Shown: positions 36,401-48,197 of the stretch, piece after piece
Numbering within the stretch: position 1 is the stretch's first letter
Layout of the letters: every line of letters begins with the position of its first letter
Assembly: GCA_048213135.1 (NCBI GenBank)
Contig: PS015381.1
Location: forward strand, 4,229 to 52,425
Reading direction: 5' to 3'
From: Reclinomonas americana ATCC 50394
Taxonomy: Eukaryota
DNA length: 48,197 nt
Notes under the pieces: generated by a model
Seen by the model: only the letters and a program-made list of their open reading frames with translations
What the model was told of the DNA's origin: nothing
Database searches by the model: none
Made by a program: the position numbers and the translations under genes

Positions 36401-37126
36401 GCCGTGAGCTGCAAGAAAAAGGGTGAGACCGGCAGCAGAGAGGAAGGAAAAACAAGACACCACGAAACTCTTGTCGCGGGCCGTGACCACCGCCATGGCG
36501 TCCTTGCTCGTACCACTGTTTGCATACACCTGCACCAATGCAACCATGAGGAACCGTTGCCGGCGAGAGAGAGACAACAACAACAACAACAGAGGCGAAA
36601 CTCGAGCCGACGACATGCATGCTGATCCGACAAGCATGTGAGAGACATACACACAACCTCGCGCACAAACATACACACACACACACCAGTGGCTTCTCCC
36701 TCTGCGCCTGCAGCACCAGCAGCAGCACCAGCAGCAGCCAAGGCAATCGGTTCCACATGCACAGTGGACGGGTCCTGTGAGCGCCACTGGAAGCAGCTAT
36801 CGGGCAAGTACTCGGCGCTGAGCACAAACGACACACGCGAGTCCGGCGGCAACAGCACCGACACCTGTGTGTGCGCGCATTCATTCAGTCATGCAAAATG
36901 CGCGCGCACGCATGTGTGACTGTGTGTGCGCGCATGCATGTGGCTCTCTTCTCTCTCCTCTGTTTACTCGACGTGCATGTGCGCATGCATGCGAGTGTGC
37001 GCGTGTGTGTGAAAGAGAGTGTCTGTGCAAATGACTTGCCTCTGAGATCTTTGCAGCTGGTGCAGCCGCCACTGTCACCACCAGCAGCACGACCAGCAGT
37101 GCGAGCACCGACAGAGGCTGCCGCAT
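27863..37126 (-). CDS. NUP210: Nuclear pore membrane glycoprotein gp210, more than 35 exons
   Basis: Signal peptide MRQPLSVLALLVVLLVVTVAAA, then ISEVSVLLPP..CFQWRS, LRCEVFVAKIHRLQVLTTSRRLF, GFDREGNAFTTLHGLPFKW, ALGGSGSYVW and multiple Ig-like segments. It ends in a single C-terminal TM (VVLVLVLLYIIYITYL) and a TP/SP-rich tail. Confidence 0.9.
30356..30432 (+). repeat. (CA)n microsatellite in a NUP210 intron
   Basis: Directly visible next to a gap. Confidence 0.95.
35491..35575 (-). other. U12-type AT-AC intron in NUP210
   Basis: 5' end ATATCCTTTT, branch site TGCCTTGAC, 3' end GCAC. Removal joins ARDP-S-LEQNEAQCRV in frame, whereas read-through hits TGA. Confidence 0.88.
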
Positions 37127-37205
37127 GTTTGCCGCGCGCAAAACACAGTCACGCAAACACACCAAGCGAGCAACAACTGTCTTGTCACACTGTGTCCCGA
37201 GTGCG

Positions 37206-40200
37206 ATGGAGGGTGCGACCGAGGCTGCTGTGGAGGTTGCTGTACTGCGCGGCCATGGCAACACAGTGCGACGGTTTGCGTGAACGCGTGTGTGTGAGCG
37301 AGCGAGCGATGTGTGAGCACGATATTGATCACCACGCGCACATACACAACAGAGTGTTGTATCATCCTCGCGCAAACGAGGTCTTGTCGGCGTCACTAGA
37401 CGGCACGCTGAGAGTTGCGTGCATCATGCGCTCTGTCTCTCTCACTGTGAACGCCGATTGTCATTGTTTATGTCGTAACGATCAACAGCTGTGGGACCCG
37501 AGTGCGTGGGAAGGAGCGGCGACGATGCCTGTGGTGGTGCCGCAGGCGGCTGGTGTGCTGGCCATGCACTCGGATCAGGTGTGGAGCGTGGCGTATCGAC
37601 CGGATGGACGGGAGTTTGTGTCGGCCGGCTGGGATCAAACGCTGCGAGTGTGGCGAGTGCGAGTGCCCACGGCTGCTCCAGCTGCCGCCACACCGCAGCT
37701 GACGCCCAATGAGATGTTGTTTGGGACCTCGGCTGGTGAGTCGTGCGATTGCGCGAGTGTGTGTGTGGGGTGTGAGTTGTCTCTCATGTTGACGCGCAGG
37801 ACCATCGACTGCGGTGCCGTCTTCGGTTCAACCTGCCGGCACTCCGCCCTCGTCGGTTCGGCCGTCTGCGGCCCCGTCGCCGGCTCCTGGAGCGCCACCA
37901 GGAGGTGGCACACCGAGAGCATCTGCCGAGCCACCACAGCCAGCTGCAGTCGCTGACGATGATCGGCCGCCGCACGGTGTGCCGGTGTGTGCGCTGCACT
38001 GTGGGGTGGAGCTGGTGGCCACCATTCAGCAACCGTGTGCAGTGTGGGATGTGGCGTACCATCCTGATGGCTCGCAGTTTGCCTCGGCGTCACACGATCG
38101 GCAAGTGCGTCTGTGGAACGCCGAGACGCGAGAGTGCATCACCACTCTGAAGGGCCACACTCATCAGGTGCGGAGATGGCTGTGATGCGCAACAATTGAT
38201 CTCTTACCTGTGTGTTCAAGGTGATGAGCGTGGCCTACCACCCCACTGGAGCCGTGCTGGCCTCTGTGTCCCTCGACTATTCGGTACGCCTGTGGAATCC
38301 ACGCACGTTTGCCTGCTTGTGCGTGCTGGAGAACGCACACACGGATCAAATCTGGTGTGTGGCGTTCCACCCCGGCGGCCAGCAGTTTGCCACCTCGTCT
38401 CTCGACGGCAGCATCAAGGTTTTGTTCGCCGCCACTTCACGCTGCTGTCGCAGCAGAGCAGTGCACTCACATCGACTTCCTCCCCCTCCCCTTCTTCTCC
38501 TTCGTACTAGGTGTGGGAAGTTGTGGAGCAAATCAGCAAATCGGCCGCCAACAAGCGCAGCTCGCCGACTCCGACGCCGTCTGTGTCGGGACGTGCATCG
38601 GCCACCTCACCGAGTCCAGGTGCCTCACGGGCAGTCACGCCTGCCGGTGCCAAGACACCCGTGACGCCTGGCGTGTCGGGTCGAGGCACGCCAGTGCCCT
38701 CGACGACTTCACCGACGCCCGCGCGCAGTCCGAGTGACGCGCCAATGCCAGAAATCACCGAGCCGCTGCATGTGAACTGCGTGTGCACGCTGCAGGGCCA
38801 CACGGGCGAGGTGTACGGTGTGGCGTACCATCCGTTCGGCACGCACTTGGCGTCGGCGTCGGGTGACGGGCGCGTCAAAGTGTGGGACACTCAGTCGCAG
38901 CGCTGTCTGCTCACCGTGTCGGGACATCAGTCGGAGGTGTGGGACGTGGCGTGGCACCCGCGTGGCCGCCACCTGATAAGCTCGTCGGCAGACCGCACCA
39001 TCCGAGTGTGGGAGTTGCCGTCGGCGGTGCCCACTGGCGCACTCCAACTGCAATGTCTGTCCTCGTCGGACTCCACGCTCACGTTGCAGACGGCGAGCAG
39101 TGCGCGCACTGTCGGGTGTGTTCGCATCGTGGAGATGCTGCAAAATATGTTTGACGGCGCAGAGGATGCCATGGCACCGGTGGAGATGCGCGAGAGCACG
39201 GGAAGGAGAGTACGACGGCGACAACTGAAACGCTCGGCGTATGCGGAGGAGGCGAATTTGGACACGGAGAACGATGCCGACGACGATGACGATTCGTGGG
39301 AGCGTGTTGGCGAGTTGGTCGACACCGCCCCGCTGCTCATCACCAACTTGGCGTGCAGCAGCTGGTACGTGTTCCGCGTGGTGGCGTTGCATCCGGAGAA
39401 GTTGACGCCGCTGGTTATTGGTGAGCGACACGCTTTCAAGACCTCGAGCAAGGTCCTGTCGCGTCTTCGCGTCGAGTGCGAGAGCGCAGTGTCGGGCCCA
39501 GGTGCCACTGGTCTCGAGGTGTGTATTGCTAGTGATGATCTCTGTGCACCGAAGTGGAGTGTGCTCACTTAATGTCAGGGTGTGCATGCCATGGAAGAGG
39601 GCGATCAGTTCGAGGGCGGCAAGGTCGTAATTCCGTTCCTGCTGGAGTGGTTCGACGAGTTGCCTGCGGGGTTTGGCGACCACGCGCAGACGGTGCAGCA
39701 GGTGCAGCGACTCGTGAGCTCCCTGACGGCCTACGCGGGCCCATTGACCACCGAAATGTGTGTGCTGACGGAGCTGCTCAAGCGCGATGTGTGGAAGGCG
39801 CACTCGGTCAACCGGCAAGTGTATCCACGGCTGCGCGAGTTCCAACGACTCCTCGAGCACGTGCCAAAGGTCAAGCAGGCGCTGCAGCAGGCGGAGCGAG
39901 GCGATGTTGCGTTTCCTGCCGGTTATTCTTACTCAACCTGTGCCCACCTATTGACGGCTGCGTGCGTGTGTTCAGGACCTGCGTACGCGTCAGGCACTCC
40001 ACGAAGAATACTTGGCGTCACTGAAGAGGCTGGATGAGTTGTGCACGTTCTTTACCTTTGAGGCGCCGTTCCTGCAGCTGCCGCGGCCGACCGAGTCCCA
40101 CACGCTGGCCACGCAGCTGCTGAATGGACGCCTCGAAGTGAAGCAACAGCTGCTGCGCACGGTGGAAACGCGCATGCTGCGCTCGCTGGAATGGATTGCC

Positions 40201-41898
40201 GAGCGCAACGAGGTGGTCGGCGAAGAGATTGCCGAGTTGGAGAAACAGCTGCGAGCAAAGTGCGATGAGCGTGCCGCACTGATTGAGGTTGCGTGTGTAT
40301 TCAGTCCTCTCACCATTTCTTACTCAATTCTCACCAACTCTCTTTCCTTTCTCAGTTGGAGCGCGAGTATCGCAACAAGGACGTGCGGCAGGAGAGAGAC
40401 ACGATTGTGTTTGAGGAGTGGAGGGCGGCACTGGAGGAATTGCGGCAGACAGCGGACGCTTGCTTCTCCGTTCTCGCCAACGACGTGACGCAAATGCAAA
40501 AGGAGATTACTGTGCACGAGGATCTGGCCGCCAAGTCGCACAAGTCGACGCTGGAGGATTTGTTGAAGACGCTGGAGGTGTGTGTGGATAGCAGCTGGTG
40601 GTGGGTTATGTGCATGCACCATTTAACAAATATCGATGCAGACGGACTCGCGCGTGGCCGAGGCGCGCATGCGTACCTTTGAGAAGAAGATCCAGCGCGA
40701 ACTGGAGCTGCTGGAGGACCTCAAACAAGGCAACATGGCGTTCGAGTTGGCCAAGTCGCAACAGCAGATTGCCGAGTGGAATGCCGAGGGTGTGAAGCTC
40801 GACGAGTACCTCGGCAGCAACGAACAGTACGGCCTGCAAGCGCAACAAAAGCTGGCGTCGGTGGAGGCGGAGCGAGAGGCCATGCAGCGTCTCTTCCGAT
40901 TCCCAGACAAGCTGTGCGACGGACAGTTTACGGACGTGCGCATCATGTATCGCAGTGATCACCGAGTGTTGCTGGGCGCCTACGACACCGTGCGCAAGAA
41001 GCTGGTGTGTTTGCGCTTCTACATGGCGCGTGCTCTGCGCGACGACGAGGCGGCGGTGTTGGAGGAGTTGCGATCGCCGTTTGTTGTGGAGCTGTTGGGT
41101 GAGGTCACGTTGGAGGACGAGTCGTCGGCCGACTACACGGCCATGCATCCGTTCTTGTACGGTCTCGTGTTGCAGCGCGGAGTGGAGAGCCTTGGAGACT
41201 CGCCACCAGCGCCGCTGCAGGTTTGTGCCGCCACCCTGCTCTTACATTCTCACTGTGTGTGCTCACACCATCCGCGCCAGCAACTGTACTATGGACGCAG
41301 TGCGTTGCGTGCGTTGCAGTACTTGCACAACTCGGACGCGGTGCACGGCGACCTCAATGTGCACACGCTTGTCAAGTTCATCGACGACGACTGCAATGTG
41401 TCGCTGCGCTTCGGCAGTCTGTCCGGATCGCGACCAGTGGGCACGGTGCTACCGCGTGGCCGTGGGCGACTCGAGTTTAGTGCGCCGGAGCTGTTGAAGG
41501 CCATCCTCGCCGATGGCGAGCTGAAGGCGGTGCCGAGTCTCGACGTGTGGTCCATTGGTCTCGTGCTATTCGAGGTGTTCTTCTACGGCCAGTCGTTGTA
41601 TCGGCGCTTCTTTGTCGACGACCCCGAGGACCGCAACACGCCGTACGAGGAGCGCGTCAAGACCTGGCTACTCAGCAACACCGATCCGGGCATGCAGCTG
41701 CCGCGTGCAGTCAAAGCTCCAGGGCCCGTGCGGCGCCTAATCGAGGCCGCCTTGCAACGCGACCCGAACAAACGACCGACCGCCGCCGACCTGCAATCGC
41801 AGCCGCTGTGGAGTGTGTTTGGTGCTCGTGAAGCTGCGCTGTTTCATGTCGGCGTGGACTTTGCCAGACCACCACCACGATTGTCGCACCCAACGTGA
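37206..41898 (+). CDS. WD40-repeat + FN3-like + coiled-coil + C-terminal pseudokinase protein
   Basis: Repeats such as LRGHGNTVRRVLYHP..SASLDGTLRLWD, LKGHTHQVMSVAYHP..SVSLDYSVRLWN and LQGHTGEVYGVAYHP..SASGDGRVKVWD. FN3-like LLITNLACSSWYVFRVVA. Kinase-like HGDLN, FSAPE, LDVWSIG and DPNKRPTA. All are linked in frame by GT-AG introns. Confidence 0.85.
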
Positions 41899-41955
41899 TG
41901 CGTGTTGTAAAACAAAAACGATAACAGCGATAACAATTTTTAGTTGATGGATTGA

Positions 41956-44900
41956 TTAGAGTAGTGATGATGGTGGCGACTGCGTGCGCTCCAGTGGGTC
42001 GAAAAAGTCGGGAACGCTGGCGGCGGTCGGCGGAACCAGTGGTGGAGCCGATTCCTCGACAGCCGCCGAGGAGAACCACGCACTGGCTGGCGGCACTCGC
42101 GGTTGCGGTCGCCAGCGACTTCTCGCTGTTGTCGATCGCGACGCGGCCACAGCAGCAGCTGAAGACGAGGAGGATGGGTCCATTGTGGCGGCGGCGGTCG
42201 TCTCGAGGTCGCTGCTGTGCGTCATTCTGCGGAGCACAACGGAGGGTTGTGAGCGTCATTTGCAAGAACACGTTCATTGTTGCGTGCGCGTTACCTGCCA
42301 GGTCCGGCCCATATTACTTGGCCACGATCGGTCTGCGCACCCGGCCAGCGGTGTGTTACGGTACGTGTCAGCGGTATATGCACGCCGAGACGGCCACCGA
42401 GCGACAAGGCCATCTCAGATGGGTTTTTCGGTGCCGTCACCGCCAGTCGGCCAACGTCGTGCCTACCGAGAATGGTGACGGCGTTGAGTCGATACTCGCG
42501 CGCAATCAGCTTGGTCTCGAGGAAAGTCGGTGCCTTTCTGTACTGCCTGCACGATCCATACAGGAAGATGACGAAAGGAAGAAGCGAGAGAGCACGAGCA
42601 GCAGTGTCCCTCACCGCTCCTTGGATCGACAGAACGGCAACATGGGCAGGATAACAACAGCCACAATCGACGTCATGTACAGCGCCAGGAGGAGCGGAGG
42701 GATCCAGGAATGCGAACGTGGACCGCCCCAGAACTGTGACACTGAGATTTGAGTGCAGGGAAAGGGGCTGGTGAGGAGCAGCGCAGAGTGCGGACGCAAC
42801 GCGGCCGCTGACGGTGGTATCCGTCACCAGGAAGATGTTCATGATAAATGCCGACAACAACGCCACATCAATAGCCGTCACAAAGCACACTAGATACGCC
42901 AAGTCGGAGAACTGGTGCGAGGGATAAAGTCAGAGAGCGTGCGCACACAAAAAATGTTATCAATGGGAGAGGGCGGACACAACTCGGAGAAAGTGTTTCG
43001 AGGTCAACTTGCGGAAGCACAGACGCACGAGAGCCACAAATGGCAGAATGAGAACATTGAGGCGCGAACGCATCAATTGCGGCAAGCGGCGATAGAACAT
43101 CTGCGCCGTGCGAATGTGAGCAAAGAGACGACCCGGTGCGGGCACTTTCGTTCACACACGCACCACACGGACAGTCGGCACCTCAAAGTTGGCCAACGTG
43201 TACTCGCCGTCCCATCGAATGCCAAACGTGACGTTCCGGTAGTTCTCTCGCGGCGTGTACTGCCCAGAGAATTGCAGCGTTTGCACATTGGTGCCATTCA
43301 CGTCCGCTGCAGGGGCGCCGGTCAGCGACGACGCGCAGCTGGACAAGAGCGACAAGCAGGAGACCTTCAACAAAACGCGCCACTATCGCAAACTTCATCA
43401 ACGACGACATGGTCGTGCGATCGCGCAGACTGAACCAGCCACGAGTGCTGGTGTTCTCGCGTCCACTCACTAGCAGCTTGAACGCATACGTGACATTGGC
43501 CTGCGCGCGGACGCAACGTTGATACGAAGAGAATGAAGACAAAGCAGACGCGCTGCGGAGAACAGGGTACCCGACCTGCAGGTCCACATGATCCGACTGA
43601 AAGTAGTAGTAGCTGACGTAGTTGACGTGCATGCGACGGGCCAACCACATGGCCGCGAAGAGCCAGCTGAAGAAGACCAGCGCCAGCAGAACGAACCCGT
43701 AGGTCCACAGCCGGGCCAACCACACCAGCAGATCGGGATCCGTCATGATCTGCAGTCGGGGAAAGGAAAGAGGCAGATTCGCAGTTGAAAAGGAGCCCGT
43801 GACCTCACCTCATCTCTCTCTCTCTTCCTCCCACTCACTCACCATCCAGTCAATGGTAAACGCGCAGTGTACCGCCAGCGGGCTGTACAGCTGCACGCCG
43901 TCGCAACTGGTACTGCTGGCCACAAACACACTCTGCGCGCAGCCGGACTGTGAAAGAGGGCGCACGTAGTGCGCCGCATCGACACAGGAGGTGGTCGGCA
44001 GAAACTCAAACTGCTGCTGTGCGGCTGTCTGCTGGATGGTGGCGGCAAACAGATCACAATTGCCGACATTGCGGCACGGCTGCTGGTCCACGCTGCTGCC
44101 GCCAAAGTCGACAACGTCGAGCACCACAAACATCTGCAACCCCCGCAGCGATCAACGACTGGTGCACGCAGTGCGACGAAGCAACGAAGCAACGAAACTG
44201 CAGGCAACTCGCCACTTGGACCAAGAGCGAGACGGATCGGGACCGTCAACGTGGTCTGCATTCGATCGACGGGGCCGACCCAGTCCGACTGCAGCTGCCG
44301 AGGGTCCGGCAGAAAGTCCACAAACTCCAGCGCCATCAGCTGCAGTCGCTTGCAAGGTGCCTGCTCGCCGACCTCCACCGGCTGTGTCGCCATTCGTGAG
44401 GAACAGGCCCTCCGCTGCGCCAAGACAAGCACGCAACTCGATACGAGAAGCCCGACGGACACGTTCCATCCACATATAACGTGGTCGCGAGCGCCACACG
44501 CAGCGCCAAGGTATCCGTATACACCGCCTCCGACAGATCCATCAACGACGCCACTCGCATCGTCAACAGAAAGTACTCTCGTGTCTCCGGAAACGCAATC
44601 GTCTGCCCGCTGGCATACGGCTAAAACAACCAAAGCGATATAAGCCATACACTTGAGTCAGTGATCACCAGCAATGAGAATACAAACCTGACTCGGACCC
44701 GACAGCGACCAGAACGGGATGAGAAAGTATGGAACTCCCAGTACCATGGCTGCCACGCCCAGCACCACCAGCAGCACAAACACCAGCTTGCTTCCGTCCT
44801 CCACGCACGAGCAACACTTGCGACTCCACGCGGACTTCTCACCTCTCTCATCGCCACCGACATTGTCGTCTGTGTCATCAGTGAACAGCAAGAGTGGCTG

Positions 44901-44957
44901 CTGCTGCTGCTGTGACTGTGACTGTGACTGCGAGAAGTCGTCGCCACCTTGGCGCAT
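41956..44957 (-). CDS. Uncharacterised multi-pass membrane protein
   Basis: Exons join in frame and give about 5 hydrophobic segments (LVFVLLVVLGVAAMVLGVPYFLI; YGFVLLALVFFSWLFAAMWL; YLVCFVTAIDVALLSAFIMNIFL; LLLALYMTSIVAVVIL; ALSLLPFVIFLY) with a Cys-containing luminal loop. The family is not recognised. Confidence 0.6.
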
Positions 44958-45041
44958 GTGCAACAAGTGATTTGTGAGTGAGTGGATCTCGTTCAACGAA
45001 CGGACTCTTGTCTAGTCTGCGTGAGTCGTGTGTGAGGGGAG

Positions 45042-45145
45042 ATGGCTGCTCCGACGGCCAACGGCACTGACCCGTTCTATGTGGTGCAAGAGTTGCGTGT
45101 GTGTCTCTCGCTGAGTGTGTGACGTGTGTCTCTCACTCTCTTGTT

Positions 45146-45177
<32 letters not shown>

Positions 45178-46454
45178 GCACAGGGAGGTGAAGAAGCAGC
45201 TGGAGTCCATGCGTGTGCTCTACGATCAGCTGCGTGAGGTGTACAAGCCCAAGCAGGCGCAACAGGGACCAGACTTTGAGCAATTGCGCAGTGAGCTGCG
45301 GTCAGTCGACTTTACACACACACACTCACTCACACGCACTCACACGCACACTGAGACAGGCGCACGCACGCACACACACGCATTCCACTCTCCATGTGTG
45401 ATGATTGTGCATTTTTATCTGGTGCATTGATTGCACACACAAGTGTCACTCACTCAGTCATAACACAGTGAGTTGGTCGACGATGTGCTGTGGAGCACTG
45501 GAGAGCTGTCGAAGACTGTGAAAGCCGTGGAGAGGTTCCGCAGCAAGCACCCGGGAGTCACAGACGCTGAGCTGCGGAGACGACGAGGTGCGACAAGGGA
45601 AAGAGAGGGAAGGAGAGCACTCTCTCTCGCGCGCGCGTGGAGGGCTCACTCTGCTGTGTGCGTGTGCGTATGTGCTTGGGGGAGTAGAGTTCATTGCGGA
45701 CTCTGAGCGCGAGACGAATGGAGTGCGCGACTTTATCAACAACCCGTCGGTGTCGCTGGTGACCTCGGCACGCGATGCCAAGATGTCGCTGCGTGGCGAG
45801 ACTCCGTCGCCCGACAGTCAGAGCCGCGCGTCGTCCATGCGCTTTGAGAAGGCGCGACAGGAGATGGAGCAGGATACGCAGCGCTTGTTGGATAATGAGC
45901 GCATGATGCGAGAGGTGTGTGTACGACGGAAACGCAGCAGCAATATGTGATGAGTGCCGGAGCTCATGATCGGGGTGCGCGCGCACAGGTGCGGTATGAG
46001 CACCAGGATGCCAAGGTGTCGGAGATTGGCAAGCAGGTGGCCCGTGCAAGGGAGATTGGTGTGGAGATGGGCACGGTGATCGACAGGCAGAATGCGTTGC
46101 GTTTCATTCATGGAAGAGCGAGTCGTGTCGTGCAGCCCCTCACCCCAGTCACTGGCACAGTGAACTGCGCGAGCTGGAACACAAGACAGGTTTGCTATTC
46201 GTTGGCGCACTGCGTTGCCTTGTTGTGTGCTGAGTCCTTATTCCGCAGACGAGACCAACTCCAAGTTGAAAAACGGCATTCGCAAGCTGCAGGAGCTCTT
46301 GCGGAACTCGAGCGGTTCGTCACCGCCTCCCCATGCACTCACGCACACGATGCCTCACACCGCTTGCTTCCCTCCCGCAGACCGCAAGAAGCTGTGCACG
46401 ATTTGCATTCTCATTGTGATTCTAGTCGTTCTTGTCTCGCTAATCTTTGCCTAA
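45042..46454 (+). CDS. Syntaxin-6/Tlg1/SYP61-like Qc-SNARE; 8 exons
   Basis: N-terminal DPFYVVQEEV and ELRRRREFI (Syntaxin-6_N). SNARE motif HQDAKVSEIGKQV..IGVEMGTVIDRQNAELRELEHKTDETNSKL, then a C-terminal TM ICILIVILVVLVSLIFA*. Confidence 0.88.
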
Positions 46455-46619
46455 AGAGCGGAAAACGGACAGCGCACAATAAGCAACAGACAGAGAGAGG
46501 GTGTGTGTGCGGGGCGGAAGGGGCGACAGTGACGATGATTGTCGTCTGCAGGAAACGAAGATGAGAAGTGAAATTTGAGCGTGTTTTTACTCGTGTGTGT
46601 TGACTGTGTGAGAGAGAGA

Positions 46620-48197
46620 ATGACTGGAGTGGTGCCCTCACAGGCGCCCAACTTCCTCGACCGCTTCCTTGAGAGTTCGCAGACACGCGCACATGCAGAG
46701 GGGTTTCCCGCGCGCACTCACTCACACACCCTTCTCCTGTGCGCAGATGTGCTCTACTTGCCCTCCGACCTGCACAAGACATTGGTGAGAGAAAGAGACG
46801 CACACACACGCAGAGNNNNNNNNNNNNNNNNNNNNNNNNNNNNNNNNNNNNNNNNNNNNNNNNNNNNNNNNNNNNNNNNNNNNNNNNNNNNNNNNNNNNN
46901 NNNNNNNNNNNNNNNNNNNNNNNNNNNNNNNNNNNNNNNNNNNNNNNNNNNNNNNNNNNNNNNNNNNNNNNNNNNNNNNNNNNNNNNNNNNNNNNNNNNN
47001 NNNNNNNNNNNNNNNNNNNNNNNNNNNNNNNNNNNNNNNNNNNNNNNNNNNNNNNNNNNNNNNNNNNNNNNNNNNNNNNNNNNNNNNNNNNNNNNNNNNN
47101 NNNNNNNNNNNNNNNNNNNNNNNNNNNNNNNNNNNNNNNNNNNNNNNNNNNNNNNNNNNNNNNNNNNNNNNNNNNNNNNNNNNNNNNNNNNNNNNNNNNN
47201 NNNNNNNNNNNNNNNNNNNNNNNNNNNNNNNNNNNNNNNNNNNNNNNNNNNNNNNNNNNNNNNNNNNNNNNNNNNNNNNNNNNNNNNNNNNNNNNNNNNN
47301 NNNNNNNNNNNNNNNNNNNNNNNNNNNNNNNNNNNNNNNNNNNNNNNNNNNNNNNNNNNNNNNNNNNNNNNNNNNNNNNNNNNNNNNNNNNNNNNNNNNN
47401 NNNNNNNNNNNNNNNNNNNNNNNNNNNNNNNNNNNNNNNNNNNNNNNNNNNNNNNNNNNNNNNNNNNNNNNNNNNNNNNNNNNNNNNNNNNNNNNNNNNN
47501 NNNNNNNNNNNNNNNNNNNNNNNNNNNNNNNNNNNNNNNNNNNNNNNNNNNNNNNNNNNNNNNNNNNNNNNNNNNNNNNNNNNNNNNNNNNNNNNNNNNN
47601 NNNNNNNNNNNNNNNNNNNNNNNNNNNNNNNNNNNNNNNNNNNNNNNNNNNNNNNNNNNNNNNNNNNNNNNNNNNNNNNNNNNNNNNNNNNNNNNNNNNN
47701 NNNNNNNNNNNNNNNNNNNNNNNNNNNNNNNNNNNNNNNNNNNNNNNNNNNNNNNNNNNNNNNNNNNNNNNNNNNNNNNNNNNNNNNNNNNNNNNNNNNN
47801 NNNNNNACAGAGAGAGAGCCTCCACAGTGTCTGACACGTGTCGCGCGCAGGCACTCATTCGCGAGTTGGATCATTTGTGTGAAGGTTTGCCTGCGCGCAC
47901 ATCTTACACTCTCCTTTCACACACTCTCTCACTCTCTGTGTGTGTGTGTAGCAATCACGACTGCGCTGCAAGAGGACTCGGCCAAGTACCTGCGAAGGGC
48001 ACGCGAGTTCACCAGCACCAGCGATGCACAGGTGCGCGCAGAGGGCGAGCGTCTGTTGGCCTCCATTCGCGAGAAACAGGCGCGCCTACGCGCACTTTCC
48101 GACGAGAAAGTCGAGGCCGCCGAGGGCATTGTGCAGCTGGTCCGTCCCTACGCTCTCTCTCTCTCTCGTCCGCCTTTTCTCTTTCTCATGTTTTGAG
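46620..48197 (+). CDS. Inhibitor of growth (ING) family protein, N-terminal domain, partial
   Basis: FLDRFLENVLYLPSDLHKTL-ALIRELD...LSDEKVEAAEGIVQL matches the ING N-terminal pattern (YLE.YL..IE.LP.ELQR...LMRELD...DEKV.LA). The gene runs off the window and no PHD finger is visible. Confidence 0.8.

Noticed and set aside
1-48197. Alternative genetic code, CRISPR array, tRNA/rRNA or autonomous mobile element
   Set aside because: Genes end at TAA, TAG and TGA, in-frame stops are explained by introns, and no such arrays or transposase/RT motifs were seen.

Overview
Gene-dense, intron-rich eukaryotic (protist-like) genomic DNA with several assembly gaps and many CA/CT microsatellites; no prokaryotic operon, CRISPR or RNA gene is evident. 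Hand-splicing supports about 14 genes. These are: an almost intronless 969-aa helical-repeat + ADP-ribosyltransferase-like ORF, a plant-type peroxisomal multifunctional beta-oxidation enzyme, three tandem ABM-like paralogues, a class II aldolase/adducin-head protein, a secreted EGF + beta-carbonic anhydrase, CDT1 (plus a frameshifted partial duplicate), an L-galactose-dehydrogenase-like AKR, NUP210/gp210, a WD40-FN3-coiled-coil-pseudokinase, an unknown multi-pass membrane protein, a syntaxin-6-like SNARE and the 5' part of an ING gene. The most striking signal is in the splicing code. When the exon ends in a base other than G, the intron almost always starts GTTNNG (mostly GTTGCG), which is the usual G|GTGCG donor shifted by one nucleotide. 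The window also holds an AT-AC U12-type intron, two GC-AG introns and a candidate 3-nt microexon. All family calls come from recognised motifs, not database searches.
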